From IMG/VR virus record IMGVR_UViG_3300017613_000633, positions 1 through 32,958 of that record: a stretch of 32,958 bases of DNA. The stretch is one strand, 5' to 3'. Every line of letters starts with the position of its first letter. The stretch's first letter is position 1. The notes below the pieces were generated by a model. It saw only the letters and a program-made list of their open reading frames with translations. It ran no database searches and was not told the DNA's origin. This document shows, one piece after another, positions 25,028 through 31,786 of the stretch. The translations under genes were made by a program, and so were the position numbers. The stretch is from a virus.

Positions 25028-25058
25028 CTTATTTCCTCCCTCTGGTTAATTCACACAC

Positions 25059-25098
25059 ACCTTAAAACACTTTTGTATTGATGTAAACAGTTTTGTTT
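25059..25098 (-). promoter_or_regulatory. Promoter-like element with two 15-nt direct repeats (copy B of a shared motif)
   Basis: Minus strand reads aaACAAAACTGTTTAcatcaATACAAAAGTGTTTTAAGGT. -35 TTTACA (25082-25087), 17-nt spacer, -10 TAAGGT (25059-25064). It overlaps the dnaB stop. Confidence 0.45.
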
Positions 25099-26432
25099 TA
25101 TTTAAATTTATCATCAGGCTCGTGATATTCATCATCAGTGCAAGCGAATCGTTGAAAGTCCAATTCATTGCGAAGCATCTTGATACCAGCCTCACCAAAT
25201 CTAACTTTGTTGAATATTTCCATTGTCAACATGCCTTTGTGTGGTTTTAAGTCCTCGCTAGGCGTGTGTAAGAATATCAGCGCGTCAGAATCATTCTCAA
25301 TCGCGCCAGTTTCGCGTAAATCACTTGCGTTAGGCACTCCTATCGAATTTTTTTTAAGTTGAGCCAAGACGATACCAGCGCAGCCCAATTCCATGAATAA
25401 ATCTTTAAGCCTATTGCTGGCGTTAGTTAATTCTTGATACATTTTACTGCTGTCAATCTTGAGCCTCTGAATGTAATCAATAACGATCAAATCAAGCTCT
25501 CCATACTTAGCTTTTATCTGCCTGGCCTTTCTTTCAATATCGTCAATTGATAATCCGCTTGAATCATCAACGTGCAATTTAGATTTTTTTACTAACTCAA
25601 GAGCATTGCTCACACCATGCCATTGATGATCCTCTAACTCACCTTTCTTGATAGCTGCAAATGGCACATTGCCGATGTCTGACACTAGCTTCATCATTAC
25701 TTTTTGGCGCTTCATCTCCATACTAAAAAACAGTGACCGCCTACCCTGCAAAGTGTAATGACCCAATATGTTTAAAGCTTTCGTGGTCTTACCTCCACCA
25801 GACCTAGCAGCCAAACCGATGTAATCACCAGCATGAAAACCGCCTGTAGCCTCATCAATGTGATAGTCACCTGTTGAAAGTCCAGACAACCCCGTCTGAC
25901 TTTGAGACAGCCGTTCCATTTCTTGTATGAAGTCTTCACATAAATCTGGTGCGCCATGAATGAGTTCTTCGCCATTAGATTGGAATAACGGCTCAAGGTT
26001 ATCGTATAGCTCTCGCCTAACGCCCTCATAGTCATCTGAACCGTAAATAGCATCTGAGGCAGCGTAACACGCCTCTATTACCTTTCGGCCGTTCCAGTGC
26101 CGTATGACGGCCTCACAATAGGCTATTACATTCTTACTGCTAGGCGTATCTTTACTCATTTGAATTAAATAAGAAAAGTGGTCGATTGTCTGATGCTTTT
26201 TTTCTAAGTAATCACCAAGGGTGACAATATCAATCGCCGTCTTTCTTGATGCAAGCTCTTTGATTGCCGTGAATATCTCCTGATTTGTGCCGTTATAAAA
26301 GTGTTCAGGCTTTAGTATTTCCAGTACACCGTTTAATACTTTATCGTCAATAAGGATCGAGCCGATTATTGATTGCTCTGACTCTGGGCTATTTGGTGGC
26401 AGCTTTAAGTTGTCCATGATTAATCTCTCCAT
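25098..26432 (-). CDS. dnaB: Replicative DNA helicase, DnaB family
   Basis: 444 aa. The N-terminus is LPPNSPESEQSIIGSILID; Walker A is GLAARSGGGKTT and Walker B is DLIVIDYIQ. Confidence 0.95.
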   Translation of the reverse strand: MERLIMDNLKLPPNSPESEQSIIGSILIDDKVLNGVLEILKPEHFYNGTNQEIFTAIKELASRKTAIDIVTLGDYLEKKHQTIDHFSYLIQMSKDTPSSKNVIAYCEAVIRHWNGRKVIEACYAASDAIYGSDDYEGVRRELYDNLEPLFQSNGEELIHGAPDLCEDFIQEMERLSQSQTGLSGLSTGDYHIDEATGGFHAGDYIGLAARSGGGKTTKALNILGHYTLQGRRSLFFSMEMKRQKVMMKLVSDIGNVPFAAIKKGELEDHQWHGVSNALELVKKSKLHVDDSSGLSIDDIERKARQIKAKYGELDLIVIDYIQRLKIDSSKMYQELTNASNRLKDLFMELGCAGIVLAQLKKNSIGVPNASDLRETGAIENDSDALIFLHTPSEDLKPHKGMLTMEIFNKVRFGEAGIKMLRNELDFQRFACTDDEYHEPDDKFK

Positions 26433-27205
26433 TGCTTTTCATTTAAGAATTTAGGTAACTGCATATTTTCAAATCTATTAAACCCATCTGCTGAGTGGGC
26501 TTTTTTGCAGAAGTCACATATTGCATTTATCTCAGCCTTAAACTCAAGCTCAGTGTGTGACTTGAAGTATTGAGCATTAAATATCTTCTTAAATGTTTTT
26601 TCAAAGGTTTTAGCTTTTGGCGATGTGTCGGTAACGTTTATGCCTGCCTTGCATTTTTTCCATATTGCCCAAAGGTGCTGAAAGGCATTTTCAGTTATTG
26701 TGTGATTGGCTTGCCTATCAGTTTCTTTTATATCTTCTAATCTAATCTTATCTTGCATGACGTTTTCTGATTTAGTCATGATTGAGTCATGACTTTTGAA
26801 GTTTTCTATTATGCTTCTCATCTCAGGATTGCTGGTCATTGATTTGTCCAGCCGCCTAGCCAGCTTTAGACATGTAACCACGCCTTGACTGTTTTCAAAC
26901 AAACCTACATCGACAAAATAGCGCATCATTTCTTCGACTTTTTGCGCGGTACAGCCAGTGTTTCTTGCTATGATTCTAGCGTCATGCTCTAGGTCAAAGG
27001 TTATGTTGTCTTTATCTATCTTGCCAGCTATAAGCTCTATGCAATACCAGTATAGGCCATAACCTTCAAGGCCGTAATCTAACATTACATTTTGTAGTTT
27101 CGCGTCTTGATTTGCGTCTGTGTCGTGCTTAATCCACTTCATTGATATACTCGTTATTTGGCGAGGTACTAAGCGGTTGGATATGGTTAATAGAAAACCA
27201 TGCAC
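26420..27205 (-). CDS. Replisome organizer / replication initiation protein (DUF4373-like N-terminal domain)
   Basis: MKWIKHDTDANQDAKLQNVMLDYGLEGYGLYWYCIEL matches the phage replisome-organizer N-domain as I recall it. It overlaps the dnaB start. ATG 27205 has SD GAGGG. An alternative start lies at 27142. Confidence 0.72.
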   Translation of the reverse strand: MHGFLLTISNRLVPRQITSISMKWIKHDTDANQDAKLQNVMLDYGLEGYGLYWYCIELIAGKIDKDNITFDLEHDARIIARNTGCTAQKVEEMMRYFVDVGLFENSQGVVTCLKLARRLDKSMTSNPEMRSIIENFKSHDSIMTKSENVMQDKIRLEDIKETDRQANHTITENAFQHLWAIWKKCKAGINVTDTSPKAKTFEKTFKKIFNAQYFKSHTELEFKAEINAICDFCKKAHSADGFNRFENMQLPKFLNEKQWRD

Positions 27206-27281
27206 TTTTCCCTCATTGAAATAACTCTATTAAAGTCTGACTTTATCGCTTGGATCCAACACCTAACGATATGGTTATACT

Positions 27282-27318
27282 ACGCCACTTGTTAACTATT
27301 GCAAGTGGCGTTTTTGTT
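27282..27318 (+). terminator. Perfect 10-bp hairpin plus T-run, oriented as a plus-strand terminator inside the leftward early operon
   Basis: ACGCCACTTG (27282-27291) / CAAGTGGCGT (27302-27311) followed by TTTTGTT. On the minus strand no U-tract follows. Confidence 0.5.
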
Positions 27319-27409
27319 ATTGGTCGTAATCCCCTTGAAGCAATTTAAGCTTAAAGCTTTCGATCATGAACAGCCAATCTTTTGTTTTTGGCTGCTTGCC
27401 TTCGATCAT
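27317..27409 (-). CDS. Possible 30-aa peptide
   Basis: Translation: MIEGKQPKTKDWLFMIESFKLKLLQGDYDQ*. ATGA overlap with the upstream stop. It ends at the hairpin. Confidence 0.22.
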   Translation of the reverse strand: MIEGKQPKTKDWLFMIESFKLKLLQGDYDQ

Positions 27410-27606
27410 CTCACCACCTCACAATAAATATGTTTTTTAGTCTGCCAGCACTTAACCTGGTAATTTGATTTAGGTGCTGAATATGTTTTTGTCCTTGACC
27501 TGCCATCGTATAAGGTTGGGCTTGTTCCTATCGCCTGTATGTACTCATGTAAAAAGTAGATAGCCCAGCCTTCGAAGTTGAAGTTGATAAATGTTTTATT
27601 TTTCAT
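27406..27606 (-). CDS. Hypothetical protein (66 aa)
   Basis: Intact ORF packed in the operon orientation. Confidence 0.5.
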   Translation of the reverse strand: MKNKTFINFNFEGWAIYFLHEYIQAIGTSPTLYDGRSRTKTYSAPKSNYQVKCWQTKKHIYCEVVR

Positions 27607-27608
27607 AG

Positions 27609-27887
27609 CTAACCCTTTACCGTTATTAAGTCTTTATTAAACAGTTTCATTTGAGTTTCTTGCAACGCCCTCATTTGGTCCTGATAGCTAACTCTTGACG
27701 CATCAAGTAGCTGGTGGCATTCATAGCAAGCATATACGCCAAACAAGTCAGGTGATTTTATGCCGACACCGCGAAACCCTGAGTTTAGGTGCGCGAATAC
27801 AACGGTGTCATCGTCAACGCAGTATGGTGATGCTCTTAGACTGCAATCCTCACCTCTTGCTGATCGGCGTATTTTTTTACTCTGCAT
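27609..27887 (-). CDS. YbcO/DUF1364-like putative nuclease
   Basis: ARGEDCSLRASPYC...VFAHL...PDLFGVYACYECHQ parallels E. coli DLP12 YbcO (ARGRECQVRIPGVC...VLAHI...PDLIATIACSACHD) as I recall it. Confidence 0.68.
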   Translation of the reverse strand: MQSKKIRRSARGEDCSLRASPYCVDDDTVVFAHLNSGFRGVGIKSPDLFGVYACYECHQLLDASRVSYQDQMRALQETQMKLFNKDLITVKG

Positions 27888-28320
27888 CTTGCATCACCGC
27901 TTTTAAATATAAATCGTCTGGATGTGTAAAAACACAGCCCTCTTGTGCCGCTTCAATCTCATAAATCATCAGAAACGCCGCAAATTCTTTCACCTTGAGT
28001 TTCTTGGTTTCAGCTCGAGGGGTGAACCACTTGCCTTGTATTTTTACAGGCTCACTTGGCAGATACTCAGGTACCATCTTGTCATGCCATGTTTGAGTGC
28101 TTACCAACTCACCCCTTGACTGATAAAGGAACTCGCAGAATTCACCATGCCATTTCCAAAGCAAGCGATTCTGCGCGGCATTACGAGTTAGATTATCTTC
28201 TTCCACAGTGACTTTTACAGGTTTGTCACTAGCCGCCCAGATGCTGGATAACATGACCCTTACCATCTCAGGCCATTCGCGGCCCTTATCGCGGGTCAGT
28301 ATTTTTACTTGCTTGTCCAT
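27877..28320 (-). CDS. ninB: NinB/Orf-family recombination mediator
   Basis: 147 aa. TRNAAQNRLLWKWHGEF and KVKEFAAFLMIYEIEAAQEGC resemble lambda Orf (RSLDQNRKLWACLGDV, RVGEFAELLELIQAFGTERG). Confidence 0.62.
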   Translation of the reverse strand: MDKQVKILTRDKGREWPEMVRVMLSSIWAASDKPVKVTVEEDNLTRNAAQNRLLWKWHGEFCEFLYQSRGELVSTQTWHDKMVPEYLPSEPVKIQGKWFTPRAETKKLKVKEFAAFLMIYEIEAAQEGCVFTHPDDLYLKAVMQDAE

Positions 28321-28472
28321 TAGCCCACCTCCTTCTTGTGCTGCTTTAAAACCAATTCGGCTATGATAGCAGCCATTGTGTAATCGTGTCTTTCTGCTGC
28401 TTGGCGTGTTTTTGATATCTCTTTAAGCTTCGTGTGAATATTCTTGTTTATCATTAATGTTTTGCTGCTCAT
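28320..28472 (-). CDS. Arc/Mnt-like ribbon-helix-helix protein (50 aa), first gene of the leftward early operon
   Basis: Translation: MSSKTLMINKNIHTKLKEISKTRQAAERHDYTMAAIIAELVLKQHKKEVG*. The beta-strand plus two-helix layout is like P22 Arc. TAATG coupling to ninB. It is below the ORF-track cutoff. Confidence 0.5.
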   Translation of the reverse strand: MSSKTLMINKNIHTKLKEISKTRQAAERHDYTMAAIIAELVLKQHKKEVG

Positions 28473-28489
28473 TGTGTCGCCTTGTTTGA

Positions 28490-28517
28490 TTGATTTAACA
28501 CATTCTAACTGTATAAA
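28490..28517 (+). promoter_or_regulatory. Candidate rightward early promoter
   Basis: TTGATT (28490-28495), 16-nt spacer ending in TG, TATAAA (28512-28517). Confidence 0.5.
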
Positions 28518-28530
28518 TTATATTAATCAA
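28502..28530 (-). promoter_or_regulatory. Candidate leftward early promoter, physically overlapping the rightward one
   Basis: On the minus strand: TTGATT (28525-28530), 17-nt spacer, TAGAAT (28502-28507). Confidence 0.5.
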
Positions 28531-28602
28531 TATACAAAATAATAGTTGCACCGATGTTAATTCGTGTGTATTGTTTGGATTCACTTAACGGGAGTAAATG
28601 AA

Positions 28603-29115
28603 ATGAGCGCACATAAAACGCACTATAGAAAAGTTTTTAAGTCAGATCATTTGGGGCAAGCTGACCTTGAAGATTTCCAAGAGGCTGGAAGCAATTTAAT
28701 TTTTACAATATCGCAAGTTAGACAAGAAATAGGGGCAAGGGTAGCAGGAAAAAAAATTGATGCTAATATTGCTTATTTTAAAGAAAAAATTAAGCCAATG
28801 GTTTTAAATGCTACTAATTCAGGTGTAATAAAAAAGCTAACTGGTAGTTCGTTTGTAGAAGACTGGCAAAACTTAACAGTACAATTATATATTGACCCTA
28901 ATGTAAAGTTTAAAGGTGATGTGGTAGGCGGTGTTAAGATTAGTCCGATGAAGCCTAAAGTAGCACGACCACAAGTAACTAAAGATAATGCTCAAATGTG
29001 GAATAGGGCAAAAGAGTCGTACAAGTCTAACGGCAATTTTAACGCTGTATTAAAACGTGCTGATATTACACCCGAAAACCAAAAGTTAATTATTTCGGAG
29101 TTGTCAGATGTTTGA
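28603..29115 (+). CDS. Conserved-looking phage protein (170 aa), first gene of the recombination module
   Basis: SD GGGAG 8 nt upstream of ATG 28603 (the track's GTG at 28564 is unlikely). No family recognised with confidence. Confidence 0.62.
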   Translation: MSAHKTHYRKVFKSDHLGQADLEDFQEAGSNLIFTISQVRQEIGARVAGKKIDANIAYFKEKIKPMVLNATNSGVIKKLTGSSFVEDWQNLTVQLYIDPNVKFKGDVVGGVKISPMKPKVARPQVTKDNAQMWNRAKESYKSNGNFNAVLKRADITPENQKLIISELSDV

Positions 29116-29737
29116 TTTTATAGACGTTGAGCAAAATTCAGATGATTGGTATCAACTAAGGGCTGGAAAGCTAACTAGCTCTAAGTTAGGGACAATCATG
29201 GCTAATTATGGCAAGTTTTTTGGCGAACCTGCAAAAAAATACGCTGTTAATATAGCGATTGAGCAGATAACAGGCGAACCCATACCAAGTACATACAGCA
29301 ATGCTCACATGGAAAGGGGGCACGAGCAAGAGCCACTAGCTAGACGCTTATATGAAGAAACTACTTTTTGTGATGTTTCAAATGGCGGATTCTTTGAGTC
29401 TGAATTTTTAGGTTGTTCGCCAGACGGGTTAGTAAATGATAACGGTGTAATTGAGATTAAATCAGTTATAGGGCACGTTCACTTTGCGAACATTAAACGC
29501 GGGAAAGTCGATCCCGCTTATTATTGGCAATGTGTGGGCAATCTTAAATTTACTGGTAGGGATTGGCTTGACTTTATTAGTTACTGCTTAGAATTTCCAG
29601 AGGGTAAACAATTGTACACTCACAGGATATACGCTAGTGAATTGAATGAAGAATTTGAAAAACTAGACGGTAGGATTAAAGAATTTGAGAAACTTGTAAA
29701 AAGCTCAAAAGAAATTATTTTAAACTCACAATATTAA
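29108..29737 (+). CDS. YqaJ-type (lambda-exonuclease fold) recombination exonuclease
   Basis: DDWYQLRAGKLTSSKLGTIM...ERGHEQEPLAR...SPDGLV...IEIKS are the typical YqaJ viral recombinase motifs. Confidence 0.85.
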   Translation: MFDFIDVEQNSDDWYQLRAGKLTSSKLGTIMANYGKFFGEPAKKYAVNIAIEQITGEPIPSTYSNAHMERGHEQEPLARRLYEETTFCDVSNGGFFESEFLGCSPDGLVNDNGVIEIKSVIGHVHFANIKRGKVDPAYYWQCVGNLKFTGRDWLDFISYCLEFPEGKQLYTHRIYASELNEEFEKLDGRIKEFEKLVKSSKEIILNSQY

Positions 29738-29747
29738 GGCGGTAAAA

Positions 29748-30194
29748 ATGGCTACAACAATAACAGGCAAATTAAACAAAGACGCGAGACAATTTCAAGC
29801 TGGCGATTCAACAGGGTTTGGAGTCAGATTAGGCGTGAAGTACCAAGACCCAAAAACAAAGCAGGACGATTGGTGTAATTACTCAGCAGTTGTATTTGCT
29901 AAGTCACCAGGTCAAATACAATTCTATCAACAGTCACTGGTTGAAGGTTCAGTTGTCGAGGTGTTTTGTGAAAAGCAAAGTATTGAGCAATACCAAGGAG
30001 CTAACGGCCTGCAATTATCTATTAACATGCTGAACGCTAGATTAGGTTATGTTCATACTGGTCAGCAGCCTAGCCAACAACAAGCGCCACAACAACGCCA
30101 GCAAGCACCACAGCAGCAAGCGCCACAATATCAGAATCAGCAGCAAGGTTATCAGCATCCGCCGATGATACTCCGTTCGCCCCAGTTGGATTGA
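29748..30194 (+). CDS. ssb: Single-stranded DNA-binding protein (OB fold, Q/P-rich tail)
   Basis: The N-terminal OB-like region (ITGKLNKDARQF...GFGVRLGVKY...VVEV) is followed by QQPSQQQAPQQRQQAPQQQAPQYQNQQQ. The in-frame end lacks the usual acidic D-D-D-I-P-F tip. Confidence 0.75.
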   Translation: MATTITGKLNKDARQFQAGDSTGFGVRLGVKYQDPKTKQDDWCNYSAVVFAKSPGQIQFYQQSLVEGSVVEVFCEKQSIEQYQGANGLQLSINMLNARLGYVHTGQQPSQQQAPQQRQQAPQQQAPQYQNQQQGYQHPPMILRSPQLD

Positions 30195-30215
30195 AATACA
30201 ATAACGCGCTAATAC

Positions 30216-30503
30216 ATGTCATTTAGACGCGCAGCTAGGGCAGATGCAAACCAGCCTGAGATTGTGGAATGTTTCCGCTCTCTTGGGTGGTATGTGCTGA
30301 TTATAAGCCAGCTAAAGAACTGCTGTGACATTATGGTATCAAAAGGCGGACAAACTATTGCTATCGAGATAAAAGACGGTAGCAAGCCGCCTAGCGCGCG
30401 TAAACTGTCAACTGGTGAGCAAAAGTTTAAAGGTGAATGGCTTGGTAGATGGGAGCTTATCGAGTCAGTTAATGATGTTATTAAATTAAACGGTGAAATA
30501 TGA
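30216..30503 (+). CDS. PD-(D/E)XK nuclease, phage Holliday-junction-resolvase-like (VRR-NUC type)
   Basis: RADANQPEIVECFRSLGW...CDIMVSKGGQTIAIEIKDG...KLSTGEQKF follows the RDxNExxIV...PDLLV...EVK...Q pattern of phage resolvases. Confidence 0.68.
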   Translation: MSFRRAARADANQPEIVECFRSLGWYVLIISQLKNCCDIMVSKGGQTIAIEIKDGSKPPSARKLSTGEQKFKGEWLGRWELIESVNDVIKLNGEI

Positions 30504-30831
30504 AACACGACCCAGTAAACAACCCTAAACACTATGACTTGTTTCCAAACGAACAAAGCATAGACATAATTCAAAGCCGCATGTCGCTGGATGAGTTCAA
30601 AGGCTTTCTAAAAGGCAACTGCTTAAAGTATCGACTTAGGCAGGCAATAAAGGCGATTTACAGCAAGACATTGACAAAGCTAACTGGTATCAAGCGAAGT
30701 TGCGGGCAATGGATAAAAAATGGCCTGAGTCGGATGATAGGATGAATATAGTTGTGCATAATGGAGCATTTAATCAAAACATACACCAACGAAAACGAAA
30801 CGGTTTTAGATTTTACTATGGGTTCAGGTAG
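30500..30831 (+). pseudogene. DUF3310-family gene split by a -1 frame break at 30650-30653
   Basis: Frame 0 (30500-30652) gives VNNPKHY...GNCLKYRLRQAIK. The expected continuation GDLQQDIDKANWYQAKLRAM is encoded from 30652 in the -1 frame. Frame 0 itself runs on to a stop at 30745 with non-family sequence. Confidence 0.6.
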
Positions 30832-30931
30832 CACAGGAGTAGCAGCTAAAAACCTAAACCGCAAATTTATAGGTATAGAGTTGGACGAAGAATACTTTAA
30901 GATTGCACAAGATAGAATTAGTGCAACATAA
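30761..30931 (+). pseudogene. C-terminal remnant of a beta-class N6/N4 DNA methyltransferase
   Basis: The 56-codon ORF MEHLIKTYTNENETVLDFTMGSGSTGVAAKNLNRKFIGIELDEEYFKIAQDRISAT* carries the AdoMet motif (F-x-G-S-G-[ST]-T) and a C-terminal helix. No DPPY catalytic region lies upstream, and there is an in-frame stop at 30749-30751. Confidence 0.62.
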
Positions 30932-31005
30932 CCACACAATAATGGGCAAGCTTGCCTTGTCCCGATTAAATGCCTTGTTAGGCGGTAACTATAAGGGGTA
31001 GACAA

Positions 31006-31272
31006 ATGAACATGATTAGTGAATTACGAGGCAGAGTGAAAACTAGTGGAGGCGCGTACATTACCATTGAAGATTACAATAAATTACAGGTGGAATGGAT
31101 TAAAAGAGCAAAGTTAGATGTAAGCCTAAACCAGTTAAAGGCTGATGCTTTCTTTGAGGTCGGTGAAAAACTAAAATATGAATATGAAGGGCCTTATGAT
31201 CAAAGTAGCATAGAAGAGTTTTTTGACGCACTAGCGCAGGATTTAATACTAAAGGCTGATAGCTTGGTTTAG
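31006..31272 (+). CDS. Hypothetical protein (88 aa)
   Basis: SD AAGGGG 7 nt upstream of the ATG. Confidence 0.62.
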   Translation: MNMISELRGRVKTSGGAYITIEDYNKLQVEWIKRAKLDVSLNQLKADAFFEVGEKLKYEYEGPYDQSSIEEFFDALAQDLILKADSLV

Positions 31273-31359
31273 TAACATAACCTTTTAAATAACGGGCGTT
31301 TTACGTCCCTGTTTATTTGGTTGTTATGTGACGTATTGAACTAATAAGGAAGATGTAAA

Positions 31360-31458
31360 ATGAGATTATGGTCAGACGATAAAACAGAAGATGATATTGA
31401 ATACTACGCTAATGATTGCGAGACTGAAGAATGTAGGGGTGCATTATGCCAAGCATAA
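31360..31458 (+). CDS. Possible 32-aa acidic peptide
   Basis: SD AAGGAAG upstream. Translation: MRLWSDDKTEDDIEYYANDCETEECRGALCQA*. It overlaps the next start by 13 nt. Confidence 0.3.
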   Translation: MRLWSDDKTEDDIEYYANDCETEECRGALCQA

Positions 31459-31709
31459 ACAAACAACTGTTTGCTGTTATCCAAGAGGAAGCATGTGACT
31501 ACCAAAAGTTTATCCGGCTTGAAACTGTAGTGAGTAAGATTGTAAGGGATGAATGCGGAAAGGTGGATTGTTACCACTACCAGAAATATATCGAGATAAT
31601 GAACATGGTTAATAATGCTGGATGGGAAACAAAAAAAGATGAAATACTAAAATCTTTACGTGCAGCCACTAACCTCATTGAACGTAGAAACTCGGAATAC
31701 CTACCATAA
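31446..31709 (+). CDS. Hypothetical protein (87 aa)
   Basis: SD AGGGG 7 nt upstream of the ATG. Confidence 0.6.
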   Translation: MPSINKQLFAVIQEEACDYQKFIRLETVVSKIVRDECGKVDCYHYQKYIEIMNMVNNAGWETKKDEILKSLRAATNLIERRNSEYLP

Positions 31710-31786
31710 ACGACAAGGGGCATACTAATGAGAGATCAAGTATTGGAGTCTGATTTTAATATTGCAAAAGGCAGGATTGAAGCAGC

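Noticed and set aside
25772-26053. 93-aa minus-strand ORF in an alternative frame inside dnaB
   Set aside because: It is nested out of frame within a gene with intact DnaB motifs, and nothing supports an overlapping gene. The same applies to 15723-15920 inside the capsid gene and 18568-18774 inside the portal gene.
30945-30956. Perfect 12-bp palindrome GGCAAGCTTGCC after the methyltransferase remnant, considered as a terminator
   Set aside because: It leaves no loop and has no downstream T-run. It contains a HindIII-type site and may simply be a restriction-site-like palindrome.
30209-31005. Two minus-strand ORFs (30209-30574 and 30658-31005)
   Set aside because: They are antisense to the resolvase-like gene, the DUF3310 gene and the methyltransferase remnant, all of which carry recognisable motifs on the plus strand.
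31272-31320. Imperfect hairpin (ACGGGCG...CGTCCCT) followed by TGTTTATTT, considered as a terminator after 31006-31272
   Set aside because: The stem needs a bulge and the T-tract is interrupted. The downstream genes have no obvious new promoter, so read-through is more likely.
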